DNA of 64,000 nt, from positions 21,528-85,527 of the forward strand of contig JBGCFM010000025.1 of the NCBI GenBank assembly GCA_045106895.1, given 5' to 3'. Both the position numbers and the translations under genes were made by a program. The stretch's first letter is position 1, and each line of letters starts with the position of its first letter. The stretch comes from Polyangiales bacterium (GTDB taxonomy: Bacteria; Myxococcota_A; Polyangia; Polyangiales; Houyiibacteriaceae). The notes under the pieces are model-generated. The model saw only the letters and a program-made list of their open reading frames with translations. It had not been told where the DNA came from and searched no databases. Shown here in pieces: positions 35,817 through 44,840 of this stretch.

Positions 35817-36952
35817 TCTTCCAAAGCACGGAGAGCAGGGTGTAGACACATCAGCGCCGACAGAATGCCGAGTGCGGCACCTGCGGCGCTGATTGCAATT
35901 TCGAGGCTCGCGAAGCGCGCGACGAAGCCGATGCCGAGGGACAGCCCGGCGAAGCCAAAGTACCCGACCAAGAAGTAGCCGGAGACACTGCGCGAGCGCT
36001 CGCCGTCCGTCGCCGATGCGGCCACGGCGCGCAGGCCGCCTGCGAAGGTGAAGCCATGGCTCGCGACGCCTCCAGCCACGGCGCCGAGGCACAGCAGCGC
36101 GGCGGATCGAGTCCACGCTCCGGCGGCGAGGATGATGAAGGCGGCGCATTGAATGAGCGCCCCGATGCGAATCGCCAACCTTGGTGCGAGCTTTCCTCCC
36201 TTCCGCTGTGCCAGGGCTCCGGCGGCGAGCATCCCGAAGACCGCGGGGCCGCTGTACTGGATGGCGCCGAGAGGGCGCAGGACGAGCGGCAAGATCGAAA
36301 GCACGACGCCGGCCACGCCCCATCCGAGGCCCAAGGCTGCGCCGTAGAGCCAAACCCCTCCGCGCAAGATCGGGCTCTGTTTCTTCGTCGGCGCGCTGGA
36401 CTCCAGTGGTACCGCCGCCGGAAGGGAGAAGACGCCGACCAGAGCGACACCGAGGAGCACGGCCATGCCAAGGTAAGAAGGGGGCGTGCGTGAAGCGCCG
36501 TCGCCGAGAAGGCTTGTGGCCATGGGGCCAGACCCGAAGCCGAGTGTCGTCGCCAACGCTGTCACGGACGCGCCGCGTGCTGGCGTCACCACTTGCGCGA
36601 CCCACACCGTCACCGCCGGCATGGCGATGGCGATGGCGACTCCCTGGAGAACACGCGCCACGAATAGCGGCGTCAGGGTGGGCGAGAGGAGAACGAGGCC
36701 CGTCGCCACAAGTCCAAGGGCCAGGGAACTCAGCACGACGGGGCGCGGCCCGCGAAGCTCTGGGAGGCCGCCGAAGAAGAGGAAGACCGGGAGCAGACCC
36801 GCGACGTACGCCGCGAAGACGAAGGTGACGGCGGGTTGCGAGAGGCCCGCGTCGCGAACGTAGAGTTCGAACAGAGGAGCCTGCAGGTTGACCGACGCCG
36901 CAACGCAGAAGAGCGCGAAGAAAAGCGTGGCTTGTACGCGAGACGAACCCAC
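35813..36952 (-). CDS. MFS transporter
   Basis: About 12 TM segments; APLFELY, FAAYVAGLL, motif A-like GGLPELRGPRPV and ARVLQG. Confidence 0.88.
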   Translation of the reverse strand: MGSSRVQATLFFALFCVAASVNLQAPLFELYVRDAGLSQPAVTFVFAAYVAGLLPVFLFFGGLPELRGPRPVVLSSLALGLVATGLVLLSPTLTPLFVARVLQGVAIAIAMPAVTVWVAQVVTPARGASVTALATTLGFGSGPMATSLLGDGASRTPPSYLGMAVLLGVALVGVFSLPAAVPLESSAPTKKQSPILRGGVWLYGAALGLGWGVAGVVLSILPLVLRPLGAIQYSGPAVFGMLAAGALAQRKGGKLAPRLAIRIGALIQCAAFIILAAGAWTRSAALLCLGAVAGGVASHGFTFAGGLRAVAASATDGERSRSVSGYFLVGYFGFAGLSLGIGFVARFASLEIAISAAGAALGILSALMCLHPALRALED

Positions 36953-37074
36953 CGCCGCGCTATAGCGCCCGGGATTACGCTGTCCACGGATGAGGCAGGA
37001 CTTTACTTAGCCTACGCTCCAAGACAGCATGCGGTGAGCGATGGACGCCCTGTTGGGGTCCGCGCGCGCAGACT

Positions 37075-37839
37075 ATGCCGCCGGAAAAAAAGAACCCACT
37101 CGGTCCCATGCTCCTCGCCGGGATGTTCGCCGTACCTGGCTTCGTCACGTGGGTCATCGCGTTGGACGACTCCGGCAGCTTCGAGGACGACTGGGTCCTC
37201 ATCTGCATGTCGCTGCTTGTATTGGCCGCGATCAGCCTCGCTGTTGCCGGCAAGTTTGTCTTCGGCTTGGTGGGCGCCGCCGCAGGGCTCTTGGCGGGCT
37301 TTGGCATCAGCGCAGGGCTCTTCTACGTGCTCAGCGGATCGATTCAAGAGCGCCAGGCCTACCGCCACGAAGTGGAGCGCTTGCGGCTGACGAGTGCGTT
37401 CTGCGAAGGGGCCGCTCAAGCGTTTCCCGAGGCTCCTCCTTTCACCGTGGGCACTCGCGGCGGCATGGTCGTCTATACGAATCGGGCAGGGCGCCTGAGC
37501 CGGAGCTTCTCGGTGGAGTTCAGCCCTTGGTCACCGTCTCCTGCGTTTATCGGCCAGACGACGCTCGTCGCTTGCATCGAGGACGTGGATGCGGAACTCG
37601 AGGTGTGCCGCTACGCAGGGGGACGAAGTGTTCGCCGCGTGCGCCGTGACCGCCAAGTCCGCCTCTTCTCACTGCACACCGGCTCTGTCGTCGCGGAGGT
37701 GGCACTCCCAGGCTCGCAGCCCGACGCCTGCGGCTTGATCGAGGAGTTTGCCGCCGAGTCCGCCGACGAGATCAAAGCAGGCAGCACGCCGAACGACGAG
37801 ACCGTCGCGACGTTCCTGCGAAGCTACATCGCGCCGTAG
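37075..37839 (+). CDS. Hypothetical membrane protein (3 N-terminal TM segments)
   Basis: Three hydrophobic segments followed by a soluble domain with four Cys. Confidence 0.65.
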   Translation: MPPEKKNPLGPMLLAGMFAVPGFVTWVIALDDSGSFEDDWVLICMSLLVLAAISLAVAGKFVFGLVGAAAGLLAGFGISAGLFYVLSGSIQERQAYRHEVERLRLTSAFCEGAAQAFPEAPPFTVGTRGGMVVYTNRAGRLSRSFSVEFSPWSPSPAFIGQTTLVACIEDVDAELEVCRYAGGRSVRRVRRDRQVRLFSLHTGSVVAEVALPGSQPDACGLIEEFAAESADEIKAGSTPNDETVATFLRSYIAP

Positions 37840-37890
37840 GCGCGCTGTCGAAGGTAAGGTCTTTGTTTCTGTGGATGCTATGGTCCCTCG

Positions 37891-38547
37891 ATGCGCTTTC
37901 TTCTGATTCTTCTTTTGGTCGCCGCGTGCGGCGATGATGACCGTTCCACGGGAGATGCGGCGGCCGCCGATGTCAGCCAGAGCGACACTTCGCTCGGGGA
38001 CGTGAGCGAGAGCGACACCGGCGGTGAGGACTCGGGCGCCGGCGACTCGGGCGCCGGCGACGCCGCTGTTGGAGATGCGGGGGACGATGCCGCCGGCGCG
38101 ATGGACGGATCCACGCCGAGTGATGTTGGCGCGCCTATGGACAGCGGCCTCCCGGACAGCGGCCTTCCGGACGCGCTGTCCGACGTCCCGATGACGTCGC
38201 CGGGCCCGCTTCAGTGTCGCGCGAGCGCCGACTGCAGTGGCCCAGCCGCGGCTTGCCAGCTTGGCGCTCCAGGCGGCGTGTGTACCGGCTGTGGCAACGA
38301 CGACGATTGCTCGGCATCCGCTTCATGCTTCGTGGGCTCGTGCGTGGTGGACTGTGATGACGACACCGACTGCAACGCGGGTTTCCGCTGCCTCGGGTCT
38401 GGGCGTTGCGCCATCCGCAGCTGCACCACGAACGCCGACTGCGGCCCCTACGAATGCCGCGGCGGGCAATGCGCTCGCTGGCGATGCGGTGACGCTCCCT
38501 GTCCGGCGGGCTTCATGTGCGCGGGCGACGTCTGCATCGAGAACTAA
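37891..38547 (+). CDS. Cys-rich lipoprotein with Asp/Gly/Ser linker
   Basis: Lipobox VAAC; DSG/DAG repeats; CxxxxDC repeats. Confidence 0.8.
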   Translation: MRFLLILLLVAACGDDDRSTGDAAAADVSQSDTSLGDVSESDTGGEDSGAGDSGAGDAAVGDAGDDAAGAMDGSTPSDVGAPMDSGLPDSGLPDALSDVPMTSPGPLQCRASADCSGPAAACQLGAPGGVCTGCGNDDDCSASASCFVGSCVVDCDDDTDCNAGFRCLGSGRCAIRSCTTNADCGPYECRGGQCARWRCGDAPCPAGFMCAGDVCIEN

Positions 38548-38602
38548 CCCTGACTAGATGCCGAGCGCTTGCGCAGGTCCTCGGGTGCCTCAGGGTCGAG
38601 GC

Positions 38603-38965
38603 ATGAGCGACGCAAAGAACGTACTTGGCCATCCCCTTGAGCCTTGCTCCACAAAGCCGATGACAGGCTGGTTCCGTGACGGCAGCTGCCGCACGGACGC
38701 CCGGGACCGTGGCGCCCACGTGGTGTGCGCGCGTGTGAACGATGAGTTCCTCACGTACTCGAAAGAGCAAGGGAATGACCTGGTGACACCTCGCGATGGC
38801 TTCCCGGGGCTAAAGTCCGGCGACTGCTGGTGCCTCTGCGCCGCGCGTTTCGCCGAAGCGGACAAGGCCGGGTCCGCGCCCGGCGTTTCGCTACGCTCTA
38901 CGGAGCAGAGCGCCCTTCGCATCGTGCCGCTAGAGACCCTCGTCCGCCACTCCGTCGACGACTAA
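38603..38965 (+). CDS. DUF2237 family protein
   Basis: NVLGHPLEPCS..PMTGWFRDGSC, HVVCA, GNDL and FPGLKSGDCWCLCA. Confidence 0.9.
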   Translation: MSDAKNVLGHPLEPCSTKPMTGWFRDGSCRTDARDRGAHVVCARVNDEFLTYSKEQGNDLVTPRDGFPGLKSGDCWCLCAARFAEADKAGSAPGVSLRSTEQSALRIVPLETLVRHSVDD

Positions 38966-39014
38966 CCCCAGAGTTCGATCGGGCGAACGCGGGCGTTAGG
39001 CCCTCACCGAGAAA

Positions 39015-42000
39015 CTACTCGTCGTCGCAGAACTGGGCGAGGCCGCGTTCACAGCACGAGGCTCGTTCCATGTAGCCAAGCCCGCAAAGGCGCTCGAGCG
39101 TTGCGCTGTCCATCTCGACGCTGTCCGCCGTCGCAGCGCCTTCTCGGGCGATGGTCTGCATCGCTTCGAGGACGGTCTGAAGATGGGCGACCTCGTCCTC
39201 GTTCGCGCCCGCGACGTTCTGCGTTTCGCCCATGTCGTCGGCGACGTTGTAGAGTTCGATGGGCTCCAGCCCACGTGGGTTGCCCGTGTTGGCCCAGATG
39301 ATCTTTCGCTCATCCGTTCCGCGTCGTTCGCGAATAGACTCGAGGATGTTTCCTTCGTGGCTCTCCTCCGCGTACACGGTGTCGGTGCCTTCGAAGATGT
39401 CGCCGCCTTGGCCGCCTTCGGGGACGTCGAGGCCGACCTGCCGCAGAACGCTCGGCATCAGGTCGATGCTTTGGACCCAGTGACGCACCGTGGTGCCGCC
39501 ACGCCGGTTCTCCGGGAGCTTCACCAAGAGAGGCACACGGATCTGCTCGTCGTAGAGCGTGGTGCCGTGCCAGAAGCCGCCGTGCTCGCAGAACTCTTCG
39601 CCGTGGTCGGCGGTGATGACGATGGTGAGGTCGTCGTAGAGGCCGCGGCGCTTGAGCTCTTCGATGAGCTCGCCGAAGTGACGGTCCCAGAAGGTGATCT
39701 CTCCGTCGTAGAGGCCCCGAAGGCGGTCTGCTTCCTCGGGGTCTGGCTCCTGGTGGGCGGCGCGTGAATAGCCGCGACCATCGTAGGGGTGCTCGTAGTA
39801 GGGGTCGTGGGGATCCATATAGCCGACGAAGGAGTAGAAGGGCCGCTCGTCTCCTTCGCGGGCATCGAGCCATCCGAGGAGCTCGCGGTTGACCACCTCC
39901 GCGTCGCGGTAGGTGCTGTCTGGATCGACCTGCCCGCGGGCCGCTTTCCACTTCTCGATCTTCTGCCGGAGAAACTGGATGAGCAGGAGCTTCGCCGCCG
40001 AGTCGTCCGCGCCGAGGACAAACTCGGGCTCCAAGAAGCGGTAGCTGTCGAAGCCCTGGTGGAAGTTGAAGTAGGGGCCCACGTTGAAGTTCGTGACGAG
40101 GCCACCGGTGTGATAACCGCCATCGCGCATCGCTTCGGCGAGGGTCACGATCTCGTCGGGGAGCGCATCGGCCTTGGCCATCACGCCGTGGTTGGAGGGC
40201 AAGCGGCCCGTCATGATGGAGGCGAAGCTCGGACGTGTCCAAGACGCGTTGGCGAAGGCCATGTCGAAGCGCACGGCGTCTTGAGCGAAGGCGTCGAGAG
40301 CCGGGGTGGAGCCGCTATCGTAGCCGTAGCTCGGCAGGTGGTCGGCGCGGAGCGTATCGACGACGATGAAGAGCACGTTGCCCGCTGTGGGCGGCGCCTC
40401 GGGACGCTCGTAGACCTCCGCGGACGCGCTATCGCCGCTGAACATCGCCGCGAGGACGAGGACTCCACAGAGTGATGCGGCGACGGCAAACGAGCCCCAG
40501 ACCCGAAGCATGATCTGACCGGGCTTGCGTGCGACGACCCAACGCAGGACGCCTTGGAGGATGAAGCCGACGCCAACGGCGACGAGGAGACAGCCGAGCA
40601 AGACAGCGATTCCCTGGCCGCTCTTCCAAACGAGCTCCTCGTGGTAGACATCGCGGCGAATCCGGAACGCGCCCAACGCAAAACCGAAGAGGCCCACGAG
40701 GAACGCGGTGATCTTCGCGTAGGCTTCAGGTTCCGGCGCGGCGCGGCGGCCCTTCCAGCGAAAGGGTAGCTTCATGAAGGTCACGCTGAAGTCGTCGCGG
40801 CCGCTCAAGGCCAAGCCCCAGCCCATGCCGGCGCCGGCGAGGGCACAGAAGAGCCCGTATGCCACGGCGCCGTAGGCCATGACGCCAAAGTTTGCCGCGC
40901 CGTTGCCGCCGAGGATGATCACGAGTCCTTCGCCGGCGCCGATGAGGACGCCCGCCAAGAGCCCTGCCCCAAGACCGAGGGCGAGCCCACGCATAGGCTT
41001 GGGCTGCTCCGCCAAAGGCACGTCTTCTTCGGCGGCATATGCCTCGTCTTCGCGCTTGTCGTCTTCGATCTCGAAGTGCGGCTTGTATCCGCTGCGACGC
41101 GCGAGAAACACGAGGCCACCGAAGGCGCTGACGAACATTTCGCAGCAGAAGCCGACAATGGGGATGAGAACGGCGAGGGCGAGGGGAAGCCCGATGGCCG
41201 GGCTCGTATAAAGCGCAACGGCGGCGGTTTCGCGCAGGCCCATGCCGTTGATGGATGCGGGGATCAGCGTTGCGAAGATCTGAAGCGAGCTGGCGAAGAA
41301 GACCTCACCAACGCCGAGTTCGACGCCGAGCGCGCGAGCAGCGCACACGTAGATCATGTTGTTGAAGGCGTGAACCGCGACGCCGCAGAGAACGGCGAAG
41401 GCCAAGGTCTTGCCTTTGCCTTTGTAGGCGCAGACCGCTTCGACGAGGGTGTGGACTTTGGGCCGAATACGCGCGGGGAGGAATACTCCAGCGCCCCAGC
41501 GGAAGAGCACAGGCTTGGAGATGAGCAGGAGGGCGACGCAGACGACGGCGAGGAAGAAGAGGTTGACGAGCAAGACGCCGTCACTTCCCAAAAAGCGCAC
41601 GCCGTAGATGCTCGCGCCCATGACGACGAGGCCGAAGGCGACCTGTCCAAGGAGTGTCTCCACGGCGATGGTCGCCGTGGCGCGGGCGACCTTGCCGGTG
41701 TGTTTGCCGACGTCGTAAATGCGCCAGCCGCCGAAGCCCGTGAAGCCGCCGGGAGTGAACGCGCCGAAGAAACGCGCGATCATGATGGAGCCGGCGAGGA
41801 AGCGAGCCGTGGGTTTGATCCCCTGGCCGTGGAGGAGCGCGCGCCACCGGAGCGCGGCGAAGGAAATTGCCGTCAGCTGCATTCCGATAGCCGCTGCGAT
41901 CCAGCCCCAATGCAAATTCGCGATGTGATCACCGAGGCCCTCGGCGCCATCCCGCTGAATGATCTTCCGGAAGATCAGCCAGTACGCGCCAACCGCAAAG

Positions 42001-42134
42001 CCGACCTTCAGAAGCGTAAAGAACGCCTTCTTCGCCGGACTCTTTGGCTTCGCGTCCTTGCCAGCGTCGTCGCCCACGCGCTCGTCCGTCTCAGCCTCGG
42101 CGGAATCCGCCGGGTTCTTTTCGTTTTCGCCCAT
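39015..42134 (-). CDS. Fusion of a lysylphosphatidylglycerol-synthase TM (flippase-like, UPF0104) domain and a sulfatase-like domain
   Basis: N-terminal RWRALL...IPASINGMGLRE; a further TM block; then NVLFIVVDTLRADH, ASWTRPS, YMDPHDPY, YDGEI, TADHGEEF and VPLLVK. Confidence 0.85.
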   Translation of the reverse strand: MGENEKNPADSAEAETDERVGDDAGKDAKPKSPAKKAFFTLLKVGFAVGAYWLIFRKIIQRDGAEGLGDHIANLHWGWIAAAIGMQLTAISFAALRWRALLHGQGIKPTARFLAGSIMIARFFGAFTPGGFTGFGGWRIYDVGKHTGKVARATATIAVETLLGQVAFGLVVMGASIYGVRFLGSDGVLLVNLFFLAVVCVALLLISKPVLFRWGAGVFLPARIRPKVHTLVEAVCAYKGKGKTLAFAVLCGVAVHAFNNMIYVCAARALGVELGVGEVFFASSLQIFATLIPASINGMGLRETAAVALYTSPAIGLPLALAVLIPIVGFCCEMFVSAFGGLVFLARRSGYKPHFEIEDDKREDEAYAAEEDVPLAEQPKPMRGLALGLGAGLLAGVLIGAGEGLVIILGGNGAANFGVMAYGAVAYGLFCALAGAGMGWGLALSGRDDFSVTFMKLPFRWKGRRAAPEPEAYAKITAFLVGLFGFALGAFRIRRDVYHEELVWKSGQGIAVLLGCLLVAVGVGFILQGVLRWVVARKPGQIMLRVWGSFAVAASLCGVLVLAAMFSGDSASAEVYERPEAPPTAGNVLFIVVDTLRADHLPSYGYDSGSTPALDAFAQDAVRFDMAFANASWTRPSFASIMTGRLPSNHGVMAKADALPDEIVTLAEAMRDGGYHTGGLVTNFNVGPYFNFHQGFDSYRFLEPEFVLGADDSAAKLLLIQFLRQKIEKWKAARGQVDPDSTYRDAEVVNRELLGWLDAREGDERPFYSFVGYMDPHDPYYEHPYDGRGYSRAAHQEPDPEEADRLRGLYDGEITFWDRHFGELIEELKRRGLYDDLTIVITADHGEEFCEHGGFWHGTTLYDEQIRVPLLVKLPENRRGGTTVRHWVQSIDLMPSVLRQVGLDVPEGGQGGDIFEGTDTVYAEESHEGNILESIRERRGTDERKIIWANTGNPRGLEPIELYNVADDMGETQNVAGANEDEVAHLQTVLEAMQTIAREGAATADSVEMDSATLERLCGLGYMERASCCERGLAQFCDDE

Positions 42135-42285
42135 ACTTCCTCACTCGAAGCGCCATTCGCCCTGGCACTCCAAGACTGAACCGCTAACCAATCCCCTGAA
42201 ATGGGTCAACTTCCCGGCGATATTCCCGCCCTCAATGTTTGTCGGAATCTTGCCGGCGTCCGCAGAGGTTGATAGCTGCGACACC

Positions 42286-43713
42286 ATGACCGATCGCAGC
42301 GACGCTCTTCATCGCCTCTTCTCCGGCGCCCTCACTCTCTCGCTTTTGTGCGGCCTCACCGCCGTCGTGGGCTGCGACGAGGACACCCCAGAAGAGCCAT
42401 CCGTCGAAACTCCAGAGGCGCCCGAAACGCCCGAAACGCCCGAAGCGCCCGAAGCGACCGCCCAGCCTGCGGCGACGAGCGCGGTCGGAGACGACCTCGC
42501 AAACGGTCTCCTCGTCGTCTACTCACCGTTCGCCCAGAGCGATTCAGGACAGTGGACCCAGCCCGCCGCGGCACGCCTTGAACTTCACACGCGCTCCGGT
42601 GGCGAGTGGCACATGTCCGTGGTGAGCGACGCCGATTCCAACGTCTTTCACAAGGCCATCCCCTACACCCTCTGGGGCCAAGAGGGCATCATCACCATCG
42701 GCGGCATGAAAGCCATGGTGAAGTTCTGGACCCGCGACGACGCCGGTGAGTGGAGCGCGGAGCTTCTCTGGAAAGAAGACTTCGGCGGACGCATTTCGCG
42801 AATGCGCGACATCGAGACGGTCACCGTGGCTGGCGTCACGAGCCTCGCCATCGCCACCCATGACCAAGGTTACCTGGCGCTTTTGACGCCAGCAGCAGCG
42901 CGCCCCGAGACCGTCGCGCCAGTTCCCACCGGCGACGACTACGTGCACACGGGCTTTACGCTCCGGCGCAGCGCCAAGCGCGAGAATATGTTCGTCCACG
43001 AGATCGAGGTCGGCGACCTCGACGGCGACGGCACGCCCGAGATCTACGCGACGCCTTCGGAGCCCAACCACATGGATGGCGGCGCCCAGTCGGGCGAGGT
43101 TGTTCGTTTCCTCCCCACCGGCGAAGGCGAGCTCGAGACGACAGTTGTGGCCAACCTCGGCAACCGGCACGCCAAGGAGATCCTCGTCGATGACGTCGAT
43201 GGCGACGGTCGCGATGAACTCTACGTGTCTGTGGAAGGGCTGACGGAGCGCGGCGAGAGCGGCATGAACGTCGTCGAAGCCGTCGAGGTTCGCCGTTACG
43301 ATCACGACACTCCGGCGGACGCGCGTATCGTCATCGGCCGAATCGAAGGCGATCATCTCATGCGCTTTTTGACCGCCGGCGATGTGGATGGCGACGGAAA
43401 GAAGGAGCTCGTCGCCGCAGCGTTCTCCCGCGGCCTCTGGCTGATGCGACCCGGAACCGACCCGCGTGGCGAGTGGGGCGTGGAGAGCTTCGACCGCGAG
43501 AGCGGCGGCTTCGAGCACACCTCCTATCTTGCGGATCTGGATGGAAACGGGAGTGACGAGCTCTACGTCGCCAGCGACAACCACGGCGAGATTCGCCGAT
43601 ATGCCTGGGTCAACGGCCGCGCTCGCCGCAGCGTCGTTTCCACCCGAGAGGTCCCGCGTCAGATGATCACTTGGAACATCGTGAGCGCACCGAGCAACCT
43701 CCTGGCGCCCTGA
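42286..43713 (+). CDS. FG-GAP/VCBS-repeat lipoprotein
   Basis: Lipobox VVGC; PET/PEA repeats; GDLDGDGTPEIY, DDVDGDGRDELY, GDVDGDGKKELV and ADLDGNGSDELY. Start ATG 42286. Confidence 0.8.
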   Translation: MTDRSDALHRLFSGALTLSLLCGLTAVVGCDEDTPEEPSVETPEAPETPETPEAPEATAQPAATSAVGDDLANGLLVVYSPFAQSDSGQWTQPAAARLELHTRSGGEWHMSVVSDADSNVFHKAIPYTLWGQEGIITIGGMKAMVKFWTRDDAGEWSAELLWKEDFGGRISRMRDIETVTVAGVTSLAIATHDQGYLALLTPAAARPETVAPVPTGDDYVHTGFTLRRSAKRENMFVHEIEVGDLDGDGTPEIYATPSEPNHMDGGAQSGEVVRFLPTGEGELETTVVANLGNRHAKEILVDDVDGDGRDELYVSVEGLTERGESGMNVVEAVEVRRYDHDTPADARIVIGRIEGDHLMRFLTAGDVDGDGKKELVAAAFSRGLWLMRPGTDPRGEWGVESFDRESGGFEHTSYLADLDGNGSDELYVASDNHGEIRRYAWVNGRARRSVVSTREVPRQMITWNIVSAPSNLLAP

Positions 43714-43861
43714 TAGAAGCTGGACTGAGTACTCCATCTCAGATGTTCTGACCGGTTGAGCGCCGCCCTTGGCCGCGATCTTCGTGCCACTTCGTGTTGA
43801 ATGTACGCTAGCGGACTTGCTCCCTCGAAAGAGCTTGGCGACGCTGGGCTGATTTGAAAGG

Positions 43862-44800
43862 ATGCCGCCTATGCTGCGGGCAACGGTTCTGTTTGGGGTG
43901 GTGATGCTGACGTCGTCGCTCCGTGCCCAGGCGGACGAAGCCGCGCCGGCGGAGCCGGAGCAAGCGGAGACAGAGACGCCGGCGCCGAGCTTCGAGACCC
44001 TCATGGAGGATGGCCTGCGTCTCCGTGAAGAGGGGCGGGATGAGGCTGCTCTTGCGCGCTTTGAATCATGTGTAGAGATGCAGCCGGACTCGGGCCAGGC
44101 CATCGGCCAGGTCGCTTTTGCGGAGATGGCTCTCGGTCACCTCGTCCTCGCCGAATCGCACTTGAGCGCGGCCCTCCGCCACGAAAGCGACCCTTGGGTA
44201 AGCCGTCACCGCAGCGCCCTTGAAGACACACGCGACACATTGGGCGCACGCATCGCGACCGTCGCGATCCAGCTGGAAGGTGGCATCGTGACCTTCACCG
44301 AGAGCGGCCTCACGGGGACGCGTCCAACGCCGGTCACGCTTCGCCTTTCTCCGGGCTCCCACGAGATTCGTATCTTGGCCCCGGGATTCGAACCTTATAC
44401 GACGACGCTCCACCTCGAAGCCGGCGAAGCCGCGACGCACCTTCCGTTGATGTATCCGAGCGTTGTAGAGGTGAGTGAGCACGTCGCGGACCCCGACCTG
44501 GTGGTGCCAAGAAGCTCGGTCATCGTCGAGGAGCCGGATCCGACGCGCTACCTTGTTCGCTCCATTCAACTCGACGTCGGCGCGGGACTCTTGGTCGCCG
44601 GTGCAGCAGGAACGGGCGTGGGCGCCTATCTGACCCGGCCGGACACGCCTCCAATGGCTCCACGGGAGCCTCGGAGCAGTACCCATAATCTTCTCATCGG
44701 AGCCGCCGTCGCCAGCGGAACGATCGCTATCGTTTGCTTTATCGTGGCGCGCGCCCTTCGAGGTAAGCACCGTCGCGCGAATCTAGCCCCCACTTTCTGA
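43862..44800 (+). CDS. Exported TPR + PEGA-like domain protein with C-terminal membrane anchors
   Basis: Signal peptide; helical repeat EALARF...AEMALG; LSPGSHEIRILAPGFEP; two C-terminal TM segments. Confidence 0.7.
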   Translation: MPPMLRATVLFGVVMLTSSLRAQADEAAPAEPEQAETETPAPSFETLMEDGLRLREEGRDEAALARFESCVEMQPDSGQAIGQVAFAEMALGHLVLAESHLSAALRHESDPWVSRHRSALEDTRDTLGARIATVAIQLEGGIVTFTESGLTGTRPTPVTLRLSPGSHEIRILAPGFEPYTTTLHLEAGEAATHLPLMYPSVVEVSEHVADPDLVVPRSSVIVEEPDPTRYLVRSIQLDVGAGLLVAGAAGTGVGAYLTRPDTPPMAPREPRSSTHNLLIGAAVASGTIAIVCFIVARALRGKHRRANLAPTF

Positions 44801-44840
44801 GCCGCGCCACTCGCTTGGCTCGTGCTACATTCGTCGCCGG

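Noticed and set aside
42405..42456. 9-bp repeat GCCCGAA(A/G)C
   Set aside because: Coding PET/PEA tether of a lipoprotein.
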